A stretch of DNA of 64,000 nt. Origin: an uncultured Caulobacterales bacterium (GTDB lineage: Bacteria; Pseudomonadota; Alphaproteobacteria; Caulobacterales; Maricaulaceae). This document shows, piece by piece, positions 18,753 to 27,576 of the stretch. The DNA is taken from the NCBI GenBank assembly GCA_937927825.1, contig CALFWV010000042.1, forward strand, positions 9,980-73,979, in the 5' to 3' direction. The notes beneath the pieces are model-generated. The model was not told where the DNA came from. It was given only the letters and a program-made list of their open reading frames with translations, and searched no databases. Both the position numbers and the translations under genes were made by a program. Numbering within the stretch: the stretch's first letter is position 1; each line of letters begins with the position of its first letter.

Positions 18753-19856
18753 CTAAGGTTTAAATAAATCCCTATAGACACTTAAAAGGGCTGTTTGCAG
18801 CGCGGCTTTCGAATATTGCTGGCCAATCCTATCCCGTGCGCCGCTCAATCCGGTTAAGTCATCCACCCGGCCAATGGCATCAGCCAAAACCTTCGCATCG
18901 CCCGGCGGGGTTCGCCATCCGGTGACGCCGTCAACCACCACCTCTACAGCGCCGCCGTGGTCAGCCGCAATCACAGGCCTACCCATCGCTTGCGCCTCCG
19001 CAGCCGTGCGGCCAAAGGCTTCCGGATCTGTCGACGGACAAATGACGACATCCGCGGCCAGATATGCGGCGGCAACATCGGAATCATGCCCCGGGATATG
19101 AACGCGGGACCCCAGGTTAAGCGCGTTGGCCTGCGCCCTCAACTCCGCCACATATTCATCTCGGCCTTGTGGGTCCCCCAGCAAAACAAGATGCGTATCA
19201 ACAGATAAATGTGACAAAGCTTCGATAGCAACGGACTGTCCCTTCCAGCGGGTCAGTCGGCCAGGAAGTAACACAAGTCTAGCCTCGGGCGGCACGCCCC
19301 AACGCGCGCGCCGGGCCACAGCGCTATCTGCAGAAAGTCGGGCGGGATTAAAAACTTCCATATCCACGCCGCGCGGAATCACGACGATTTTATGCGGATC
19401 AGTGCCATGTTCGCGAATGATATGCTCGCATGTAAAGTTCGAATTCGCGATGATGATATCACCTTTTGCCATCACCGAATTATAACCGCGCTTAAGCGCC
19501 CATTTCGCGTTATAAACCCCATGATAAGTTGTGACGAAAGGGACCCGTTCGGCCCGCGCCGCAAACATTGCGGGCCAAGCGGGTGCGCGAGACCGAGCAT
19601 GGACAATATCAATATTATGCTCAGCAATCAGCCGTCGGACACCCGCAATCCGCCAGGGAACAGAGAGGATATTCTTCGATCCAATCGCTGCCGTATGATG
19701 GACTCCGCCCAATGCTACTAACTCAGCTGTGAGCCGACCGCCATTTGAGAGCACATGCGCGCCATGGCCATTTGCGACCAAAACCTCGACCGTTTCTAAA
19801 ACAGTCCGTTCAACACCTCCGGCATTGAGGTCCGGCAAAATTTGCAGCACATTCAT
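18753..19856 (-). CDS. Glycosyltransferase family 4
   Basis: [49 protein letters not shown]. Confidence 0.93.
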   Translation of the reverse strand: MNVLQILPDLNAGGVERTVLETVEVLVANGHGAHVLSNGGRLTAELVALGGVHHTAAIGSKNILSVPWRIAGVRRLIAEHNIDIVHARSRAPAWPAMFAARAERVPFVTTYHGVYNAKWALKRGYNSVMAKGDIIIANSNFTCEHIIREHGTDPHKIVVIPRGVDMEVFNPARLSADSAVARRARWGVPPEARLVLLPGRLTRWKGQSVAIEALSHLSVDTHLVLLGDPQGRDEYVAELRAQANALNLGSRVHIPGHDSDVAAAYLAADVVICPSTDPEAFGRTAAEAQAMGRPVIAADHGGAVEVVVDGVTGWRTPPGDAKVLADAIGRVDDLTGLSGARDRIGQQYSKAALQTALLSVYRDLFKP

Positions 19857-19885
19857 AAATCTCTCTTAGCCTAATCGGAATCATA

Positions 19886-20620
19886 ATGCCCGACTTTCTA
19901 ACAACTGCGGACAATGAAAAAATTGCCTATAAAAAGTCGGACGGAGAAGGTCCGACCTTAATTTGGTGCGGGGGCCTGAAATCCGATATGGAAGGCTCTA
20001 AAGCCGTGCATCTCCACGGCTGGGCAAAGGCACGCGGACAGGCTTTTATCCGATTTGACTATTTCGGGCACGGTAAAAGTAGCGGGGCATTTATAGACGG
20101 GACGATGTCCCGTTGGGCCGCCGATATAAAATGCGTTCGGGATGAATTATGTGACGGCCCCGTTATTTTGATTGGCTCGTCAATGGGGGGCTGGGCTGCA
20201 CTTTTGGCCGCTATCGCCAACACGCCGCGTGTTGCAGGATTAGTTCTGATAAATCCGGCGCCTGATTTCACTGAAAAATTAACGGTCGCCGGATGGACAG
20301 CAGCACAGATCAAAGCGCTTGAAGATGACGGTGTGGTATATGAGCCGTCAGGCTATGACGAACCCTATGCCTATTCCAAAGCCTTGATAGAAGATGGGCG
20401 TGCGCGGCAAATCTTAGATATGCCAATCCCGCTGACCTGCCCCATTCGGATTTTGCAGGGTTATGAAGATAGTGTTGTGCCATGGGCCCATTCCAAACGG
20501 CTCATCGATATGCTGACATCCAAAGACCTGACATATACATTGGTAGCAGGCGGGGACCATAGCCTCTCGCGGGAAGGCGATTTGAAGCTGATAGAAACCG
20601 CAATTGAGTCTCTCCTCTAA
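19886..20620 (+). CDS. Alpha/beta hydrolase (ABHD10-like)
   Basis: RFDYFGHGKSSG, LIGSSMGG nucleophile elbow, LQGYEDSVVP, GGDHSLSR. Confidence 0.92.
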   Translation: MPDFLTTADNEKIAYKKSDGEGPTLIWCGGLKSDMEGSKAVHLHGWAKARGQAFIRFDYFGHGKSSGAFIDGTMSRWAADIKCVRDELCDGPVILIGSSMGGWAALLAAIANTPRVAGLVLINPAPDFTEKLTVAGWTAAQIKALEDDGVVYEPSGYDEPYAYSKALIEDGRARQILDMPIPLTCPIRILQGYEDSVVPWAHSKRLIDMLTSKDLTYTLVAGGDHSLSREGDLKLIETAIESLL

Positions 20621-21519
20621 TGGTCACCCCCCTCAATAAACGTCCTCGTTCAGGTCCCTATTCTGGATTAAACGCGCGCTCGGCTAAACGGTTTTTAACG
20701 CAAGCTTTTTCGGAAGCGGGCATTCCTTTTGCCGAGGACGACGCGCTCGAGATTGTTTTGGCAGCGACAGGCTTTGACAAAATAGCCCTCATGCTGCGCG
20801 GAACGGAATTCCTGACGCCCGAGGTATTTGAGACAATTCAGTCATATATGACGCGCCGCCTGTCCGGGGAACCTGTTGATCATATTTTAGGCTGGCGCGA
20901 GTTTTATGGGCGTCGGTTCAAAATTTCAGGAGATGTTTTGTCCCCACGCGCGGATACCGAACCCTTGGTGCGCGGCGCACTATCTCGATTAGAAAAAACA
21001 GCGCGGCCCATCTTACTGGACATGGGGACAGGCAGCGGCGCAATTGGGTTAACGCTGCTGGCTGAATTACCGGAGGCCGATTTACTGGCAACGGATATTT
21101 CCGAAGCCGCTCTAAAAATCGCCAAAGAAAATGCGGCAACGCTGCATGTGAAAGACCGTGCAGAATTTCTATTAGGCGGATGGTGGGACGCCGTCCCCGA
21201 AAATCTGACCTTTGATATGATACTCTCGAATCCGCCCTATATAACGAATGCCGCGATGGAAACATTAGAAACAGAGGTTGTCCGTTATGACCCTGATTTG
21301 GCGCTTCGGGGAGGTCCCGATGGATTGGACGCGTACAGGGCAATAATTGCAACGGCGCCGCTCCGTTTGAAGTGCGGTGGGTGGCTGGGCCTGGAGATAG
21401 GGTTTGACCAAGGGCACGAACTCAAAGTGCTCTTAAATTCAGGGTCTTGGGAGAATATTACGATCGACAAAGACTTGGGTGGGCTGGACCGTGTAGTCTG
21501 GGCTCGGAAAGCCGATTGA
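20620..21519 (+). CDS. prmC: Peptide chain release factor N5-glutamine methyltransferase
   Basis: RRLSGEPVDHILGWREFYG, VLSPRADTE, LDMGTGSGAI, SNPPYI, ALRGGPDGLDAYR, LEIGFDQ. Confidence 0.97.
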   Translation: MVTPLNKRPRSGPYSGLNARSAKRFLTQAFSEAGIPFAEDDALEIVLAATGFDKIALMLRGTEFLTPEVFETIQSYMTRRLSGEPVDHILGWREFYGRRFKISGDVLSPRADTEPLVRGALSRLEKTARPILLDMGTGSGAIGLTLLAELPEADLLATDISEAALKIAKENAATLHVKDRAEFLLGGWWDAVPENLTFDMILSNPPYITNAAMETLETEVVRYDPDLALRGGPDGLDAYRAIIATAPLRLKCGGWLGLEIGFDQGHELKVLLNSGSWENITIDKDLGGLDRVVWARKAD

Positions 21520-21700
21520 ATTGAGGTGAAAAACTGCTTTGCATAGGCCTCGGGCTTTGCTAGGCGAATTCTGCAGTTTTGAACGTTCGAGACCTAAACG
21601 ACGCGAACGCCGCTGCTATAGCCGACAGATCCGGGGCCTTTGCACGACTTTCCGTGTGTTTGGATGCCCTGCCAGCTGTCACTCCATTTGAGGAAGACCG

Positions 21701-22327
21701 ATGAAGCGTCAACGCGGCCGTAATCGCAATAAAAATACTAATCGTAACAGTAATCATAATAATCACAATCGGTCCATGGATAGCCAAGGTCCCGGTGTGA
21801 AAGTACGCGGCAATGCGTCCACAATTTATGAAAAATACACAACCCTCGCGCGGGATGCCAAAATGGGCGGAAGCCGGGTCAATGCTGAAAACTTGCTGCA
21901 ACATGCAGAGCATTATCTCCGCTTGATGAATGTCCAAGAAGCCGCGAAGCGCGAAGCGCAAGAAGCGCGCGAAAAAGCAGAGGCTGAACGGGCCGCCCGC
22001 CGTGCCGAACGCGGGGAGACGGATGGAGAGGATGACGGCGACGATAATCGCAATACTCGCCGGAATAATAACCGGAACCACAATAATCGCCGAGATCGTG
22101 ACGATTCTAATGCCTCCGAAAGTAAGACGCCTGAAGGCAAGTCTGACGCCCCTGCGGAATTGGATGTGATCGAGCCGCAAGCCGATATCCCAAAGGCAAA
22201 ATCTTCTGAAGACAACACTAAACCAAAAGCCAAAAAGGCCGAAACAGGTGACGCAGAAGACGCCCCCAAGCGTCGCCGTAAAGCGCCGGCGCGCAAATCG
22301 GAAGACGCGGTTGAGGCCGCCGAATAG
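21701..22327 (+). CDS. DUF4167 domain protein
   Basis: MKRQRGRN...MDSQGPGVKVRGNASTIYEKYTTLARDA...AENLLQHAEHYLR; usual position between prmC and clpB. Confidence 0.92.
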   Translation: MKRQRGRNRNKNTNRNSNHNNHNRSMDSQGPGVKVRGNASTIYEKYTTLARDAKMGGSRVNAENLLQHAEHYLRLMNVQEAAKREAQEAREKAEAERAARRAERGETDGEDDGDDNRNTRRNNNRNHNNRRDRDDSNASESKTPEGKSDAPAELDVIEPQADIPKAKSSEDNTKPKAKKAETGDAEDAPKRRRKAPARKSEDAVEAAE

Positions 22328-22372
22328 TTGATCTCTGAAACGCCGCGTCTGTCACTGGTGACGCGGCTGCAT

Positions 22373-22400
22373 CTTGAAGAGTAAGACTGAATTCCTATCT
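22373..22400 (+). promoter_or_regulatory. RpoH (sigma32) heat-shock promoter of clpB
   Basis: CTTGAA-N15-CCTATCT, 56 nt upstream of the clpB ATG. Confidence 0.7.
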
Positions 22401-22456
22401 CGGACAGGAAAGCGGGCGTGACGCGCCCCAATTAAATTCCTTACCGAGGTCATAGA

Positions 22457-25030
22457 ATGGACATTCAAGCCTACACTCAACGCGCGCGGAGCGTGATACA
22501 GGCGGCGCAAACAGAAGCCGTTACCCGCGACCATCAACAACTTGTGCCCGCCCATATTTTACGCAGCCTACTGCATGAAGACGGCGGCTTACCCCGTAAT
22601 CTCGTAAAAATGGCGGGAACATCGCCCGATGCGGTTGATACGGCGGTCAATCAAACCCTGAACAAATTACCAAAAGTCGAAGGGGGATCGGGTCTGTCCT
22701 TGTCTAAAGCTGCGACGAAAGTCTTTGCAGTAGCAGAGAAAACAGCCAAAGACGCTGGCGACGCCTTTGTCACCCTTGAACGTCTCTTACTGGCGACGGT
22801 TACAAATGCGGATAAAGATTTGCGCGGCGCCCTTTCCACGTCCGGATTAGATGCAAAAAGGCTAGGCGAAGCCATTGCCTCCGTACGCTCCGACGACCCC
22901 GTAACCTCCGATGCCGCCGAGGATCAATATGAGGCCCTCTCCAAATATGCGCGTGATTTGACACAGGCCGCGCGGGACGGAAAGCTTGATCCCGTCATTG
23001 GACGGGACGAAGAAATTCGGCGAACGCTGCAAGTTCTCTCCCGGCGATCAAAAAACAACCCGCTTCTGATTGGTGAACCCGGAGTCGGAAAAACTGCGAT
23101 TGCCGAAGGCTTGGCCGTGCGTATCGTCTCCGGCGATGTGCCGGAATCTGTGCGGGAGAAGAGATTACTCGCACTGGATATGGGTGCACTCATAGCAGGC
23201 GCAAAATATCGCGGAGAGTTCGAGGAGCGGCTCAAAGCCGTGTTAAAAGAAATTGAGAAGGCCGACGGCCGAATCATTCTCTTCATCGACGAAATTCACA
23301 CATTGGTCGGCGCGGGCAAAGGCGACGGCGCGATGGATGCAGCCAACCTTCTAAAGCCTGCGCTCGCGCGCGGAGAACTTCATTGTATCGGCGCGACAAC
23401 ACTGGACGAGTATCGCAAACATTTAGAAAAAGACGCGGCCCTCGCGCGGCGTTTCCTGACCGTCTTTGTGACGGAGCCCACGGTAGAAGATACGATTTCT
23501 ATTCTGCGAGGTCTCAAAGATAAATATGAAGTCCATCACGGAATTCGTATCTCAGACGCGGCCATTGTATCTGCCGCGCAATTATCCAATCGCTATATCA
23601 CGGACCGCTTCCTGCCTGACAAGGCCATTGATTTGATGGACGAAGCCGCAAGTCGATTGCGGATGCAAGTCGACAGCAAGCCTGAAGCGCTGGATGAAAT
23701 TGACCGCCGCATTGTGCAATTGCGCATTGAGGTAGAAGCCCTGAAGAAAGAAAAAGATACGGCGTCAAAAACACGTTTGGAAAAACGTCAAGCTGAAATA
23801 GATGACTTGCAATCCCAATCCGATGAAATGACGTCAAGCTGGCAGGCTGAGAAAGCTAAACTTGCCAGTGCCACAAATATTGTCGAGGATTTAGACCGCG
23901 CCCGGTTTGAATTACAAGACGCGGTGCGGCGCGGTGACTATGAAACGGCGGGCCGTTTGCAACATGAGGACATCCCCGCATTGGAAGCCAAAGCTGCCGA
24001 GCTGGAAAAACGATCAGATGAGCCGAGCCTCGCGAGTGAAACCGTTACAGCGGAAACTATCGCAAATGTTGTGTCCCGTTGGACGGGCGTGCCCGTGGAA
24101 AAAATGCTGGAAGGCGAACGGGAAAAACTGCTCTCTATGGAAAGCGTTTTGGGCGCACGGGTTGTCGGACAGGAACGCGCCGTGGAGGCCGTGTCCGACG
24201 CGGTGCGCCGCGCGCGCGCCGGACTGCGCGATCCGCAACGTCCCATTGGCAGCTTTATGTTCCTTGGCCCAACGGGTGTCGGTAAAACCGAACTGACCAA
24301 AGCGCTTGCCGAATTCATGTTTGATGACGACCAAGCCATCACCCGGATGGATATGTCCGAATATATGGAGAAACATTCCGTTGCCCGCATGATCGGAGCA
24401 CCGCCCGGCTATGTGGGATATGATGAAGGCGGGGCATTGACAGAGGCCGTCCGCCGCCGCCCTTATCAGGTGGTTTTATTTGACGAAGTTGAGAAGGCCC
24501 ATCCGGATGTCTTTAATATCTTGCTGCAAGTTTTAGATGATGGACGCCTAACGGACGGTCAAGGCCGCACGGTTGACTTCCGCAACACACTTATCATCAT
24601 GACGTCCAATATTGGGGCGCAGCACCTGCTCAATCTCGCTGATGGAGATAATGTTCAGGCGGCAAAAGTGGGCGTAATGGCTGAGGTAAATGCGCATTTC
24701 CGCCCGGAGTTTTTGAACCGCATTGATGAAATTTTGCTGTTCGAAAGGTTGAAACCCGAACATATGGGCGCGATTGTCGATATTCAAATGCGACGATTGC
24801 AGGGCTGGTTGAAAGACAAGCAAATCACCGTCGAATTATCGAATGCGGCGCGGGAACATCTCGCCAAGGCAGGTTATGATCCAAGTTTTGGTGCGCGTCC
24901 GCTTAAACGGGTCATCCAAAAATTGGTGCAGGATGAACTGGCCCGCGAACTTCTGGGTGGTCGCATTGCCGATGGGGATACAGTTAAAGTCAACGCGGCG
25001 GGCGGGAAAATCCGAGTCAGCGTCGGCTAA
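22457..25030 (+). CDS. clpB: ATP-dependent chaperone ClpB
   Basis: Two AAA+ modules ([15 protein letters not shown]; [18 protein letters not shown]), coiled-coil middle domain, FGARPLKR. Confidence 0.99.
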   Translation: MDIQAYTQRARSVIQAAQTEAVTRDHQQLVPAHILRSLLHEDGGLPRNLVKMAGTSPDAVDTAVNQTLNKLPKVEGGSGLSLSKAATKVFAVAEKTAKDAGDAFVTLERLLLATVTNADKDLRGALSTSGLDAKRLGEAIASVRSDDPVTSDAAEDQYEALSKYARDLTQAARDGKLDPVIGRDEEIRRTLQVLSRRSKNNPLLIGEPGVGKTAIAEGLAVRIVSGDVPESVREKRLLALDMGALIAGAKYRGEFEERLKAVLKEIEKADGRIILFIDEIHTLVGAGKGDGAMDAANLLKPALARGELHCIGATTLDEYRKHLEKDAALARRFLTVFVTEPTVEDTISILRGLKDKYEVHHGIRISDAAIVSAAQLSNRYITDRFLPDKAIDLMDEAASRLRMQVDSKPEALDEIDRRIVQLRIEVEALKKEKDTASKTRLEKRQAEIDDLQSQSDEMTSSWQAEKAKLASATNIVEDLDRARFELQDAVRRGDYETAGRLQHEDIPALEAKAAELEKRSDEPSLASETVTAETIANVVSRWTGVPVEKMLEGEREKLLSMESVLGARVVGQERAVEAVSDAVRRARAGLRDPQRPIGSFMFLGPTGVGKTELTKALAEFMFDDDQAITRMDMSEYMEKHSVARMIGAPPGYVGYDEGGALTEAVRRRPYQVVLFDEVEKAHPDVFNILLQVLDDGRLTDGQGRTVDFRNTLIIMTSNIGAQHLLNLADGDNVQAAKVGVMAEVNAHFRPEFLNRIDEILLFERLKPEHMGAIVDIQMRRLQGWLKDKQITVELSNAAREHLAKAGYDPSFGARPLKRVIQKLVQDELARELLGGRIADGDTVKVNAAGGKIRVSVG

Positions 25031-25033
25031 CAA

Positions 25034-25097
25034 TTTGGGATGTAAGGTTTCGTAATCCTGCATCCCAAAAAAAAAGCGGCCCCGAAGGGCCGCTTTT
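25034..25097. terminator. Tandem hairpins / bidirectional terminator after clpB
   Basis: TTTGGGATG...CATCCCAAA (25034-25069), then AAAAGCGGCCC-GAA-GGGCCGCTTTT (25072-25097). Confidence 0.8.
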
Positions 25098-25117
25098 ATA
25101 AATTTTAGAGCTGTTGA

Positions 25118-25843
25118 TTATGTCTTAGGTCCGGGTTTCTTACGCGGGGTCCCGTCTTTTTTCAGCAAATTACCGTCCTTATCGCGCGGGATTTTTGTAC
25201 CGGGCTTCGGACCGCGTTTTCCGGTTGTAGAAGATTTCGGTGCCGTCGTTTTGTTTTTCGATCCCGCGGGACGACCGCGCTTCTTGGGTGCAGAGGGTTC
25301 CAAAGTTTTGACAGGGGTTGGGTCATCCGCAGGATTTGGGACACTGCCCTTGCCCATAATTTTTTCTGTCTGAGTTTTTTCAGCAGAAGATTTATCCAAA
25401 CCTGTTTTTTCGCGAACCGACGCCGTGGCCGCCTTCGCCTTGCCTGAAACACTCTCGCCGATTTCACCAACATTATCCCGCATGGTCTTTGTCGCCTCGC
25501 GTGTCCGCGCGGCTGCAAGCTCAGCGGCCTTGCGCGCTTCCAAAACCGGATCAATATCAGCCAGTTCAGATTTCCCGCCATCGGGGGAAAGGTTGTCGTT
25601 AATGCGGAAGACCGCAACGGCCAGCTCGCTCAACAAACGAATAAGCACGAGAGCAAAAAGAATAGAGATGAAAAACTGAACAAAGCTTATGACCGATGCC
25701 AGAGGTCCAAGCGAAATTGACTTCAACGCCGTGGAAAAGAAGCCCAGTCCCCACGTAATCAACGCCAGCCAGAAAAACGGTACAATGAGTTTTTCTTTGA
25801 ATAATTTTTCAAAAGAAAAAAAGAAGTTTAGAAGATTTTTCAT
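25118..25843 (-). CDS. DUF4282-like membrane protein with basic low-complexity tail containing an AT-hook-like motif
   Basis: N-terminal FFFSFEKLFKEKLIVPFFWLAL...LIRLLSELAVAVFRINDNL; tail KKRGRPAGSKNK...GKRGPKPG...RKKPGPKT. Confidence 0.82.
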   Translation of the reverse strand: MKNLLNFFFSFEKLFKEKLIVPFFWLALITWGLGFFSTALKSISLGPLASVISFVQFFISILFALVLIRLLSELAVAVFRINDNLSPDGGKSELADIDPVLEARKAAELAAARTREATKTMRDNVGEIGESVSGKAKAATASVREKTGLDKSSAEKTQTEKIMGKGSVPNPADDPTPVKTLEPSAPKKRGRPAGSKNKTTAPKSSTTGKRGPKPGTKIPRDKDGNLLKKDGTPRKKPGPKT

Positions 25844-25852
25844 GAGGGTCCC

Positions 25853-25878
25853 GAATTTATATCAAGAATTTATATCAA
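25853..25878. repeat. Perfect 13-bp tandem direct repeat upstream of the DUF4282 gene
   Basis: GAATTTATATCAA GAATTTATATCAA. Confidence 0.9.
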
Positions 25879-25962
25879 TTCGAGACCGTAACTATCTTCA
25901 ATTTGGCGTCGCTGCAACCCAAGGATTCGGCCGTGGTTTCTGTGATATTAAAACAGTATAAA

Positions 25963-27441
25963 TTATTCAGGAAGCGCCGCAGTGGAAACAGCACCGCTAA
26001 TTTGCGGTGACGGAGACAGCGTTTCCGATTGGGCCCTCATCTTTTCAATTTTTGTCCGTTGCGTTTTGAACGCGGGATACTGATCCTTCGACAAAGGTTT
26101 TCCGGATAGCTGTGACAGGCGGCGCGGGTTTATCTTTTTCCCATGGTGAATGACTTCATAGTGTAAATGCGGTCCGGTCGAGCGGCCCGTTGTCCCAACA
26201 TAACCGATGACTTGGTCTTGTTTGACGTAAGCTCCCGCTCTGACGCCGCGCGCAAATCCCTTTAAATGAGCATAGGCTGTTTTATAGCCATCCGTGTGGC
26301 GGATACGGATATAATTTCCAAAGCTGCCATAACGGTTCGCGCGTTCAACCGTACCGGAACCGGCGGCTAAAACAGGTGTGCCGCGCGGTGCCGCAAAATC
26401 AACGCCTGTATGCATTTTACGATATCCCAAAATCGGATGTTTACGGCGGCCGTAGGAGGAAGACAGACGCGCACCATGTACGGGGGTTGCTCGCAATTTA
26501 CGTTTCGCTGTTTTGCCGTCAGCATCGTAAAAATTCTCGCGACCCTTTTCATCTTCAAAGAGCCAATATTCTGATGTTTTTCCGCGCGGAGAAAAAGAGG
26601 TATAGAGCAAATCGCCCGCTTTGACGATCTCGCCTTTTTGATCGCGCGCAACTTCAAAAAACATTTCGAACGCATCGCCCGGCTGGATATCGCGCTGAAA
26701 ATCGACGGAGTATTCATAGATATTTGCGAATTGCACGACGACCTTATCCGGCGCACCCAATCGGGTTGCGTCAACATAAAGCGAATTTTCAACCGTCGCT
26801 TTCACGCCAATCGTTTCATATTTGAACTCTGCCGCAATTTTTCGCGCCGCGTAGCTCTCCCCGGCGCGGTCAACAAAAACCGTCGTTTCGACGTTGGGTT
26901 TGAATGTGAGATGATCGAGGGTCTCACCCGAAAAATGTAAGTTAAAATTCTGACCGGCGCGTAAATTACGCGGTTTATAAACTTCACCAAAGGCTTGGGT
27001 GACGCGGTACGCCTGTTGTCCGGTCAAGCCATTGCGTTGCAGAAGCGGTCCAAGATTGTCACCGGGGTTTAGCGTGACAGTTTTAACGGACGTATTGGCC
27101 GTGAAATCAGAATCCAGTCCCATGTCAAAACGCGAAATATCGAGCGAGGGCACAGAGGTCATCTGAACATCGGGTTCAACCGCATCAGCTTGACCTTTGG
27201 GAAAAGCAATGATGCCTGCAATGCCTATGACCGCGGCAGCGGCGAGAAAGCGGTGGCGATTTTGTTTTGGAATGACAGTATGTCGAAACCGAGCAAACGC
27301 GTCCACACGTTCGTGCAAGGCACTCATTGCGCTTTGCGGGTCTGCGTCCGATTGCAGCGCAGCCTCAATGTGATTTTTATCAGTCATAATTACTTGCCCG
27401 GCACGCGTCTCAAAATAGAGATTTCCCACTGCGTGTCTCAT
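25963..27441 (-). CDS. M23 family metallo-endopeptidase (MepM/OapA-like peptidoglycan hydrolase)
   Basis: TM anchor, LysM-like LNPGDNLG, SSSYGRRKHPILG..MHTGVDFAAPRGTP, YAHL, GRSTGPHLHYEV. Start may be MTDKN (27387). Confidence 0.93.
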   Translation of the reverse strand: MRHAVGNLYFETRAGQVIMTDKNHIEAALQSDADPQSAMSALHERVDAFARFRHTVIPKQNRHRFLAAAAVIGIAGIIAFPKGQADAVEPDVQMTSVPSLDISRFDMGLDSDFTANTSVKTVTLNPGDNLGPLLQRNGLTGQQAYRVTQAFGEVYKPRNLRAGQNFNLHFSGETLDHLTFKPNVETTVFVDRAGESYAARKIAAEFKYETIGVKATVENSLYVDATRLGAPDKVVVQFANIYEYSVDFQRDIQPGDAFEMFFEVARDQKGEIVKAGDLLYTSFSPRGKTSEYWLFEDEKGRENFYDADGKTAKRKLRATPVHGARLSSSYGRRKHPILGYRKMHTGVDFAAPRGTPVLAAGSGTVERANRYGSFGNYIRIRHTDGYKTAYAHLKGFARGVRAGAYVKQDQVIGYVGTTGRSTGPHLHYEVIHHGKKINPRRLSQLSGKPLSKDQYPAFKTQRTKIEKMRAQSETLSPSPQISGAVSTAALPE

Positions 27442-27576
27442 GCCCCCATTTTCCCTAAATCAGGGTTAACGCATTCTTATATGACCTGTAAACTGACCGA
27501 TTTGTAAGGGTTGGTTTTGTTGGTCTTAAGACAGAAGGTCCTCTATGCCTAATGCGTAGGAGGTCGAGCCATTTCT

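Noticed and set aside
21913-22431. Ser/Arg-rich 172-aa minus-strand ORF
   Set aside because: Antisense of the low-complexity DUF4167 gene.
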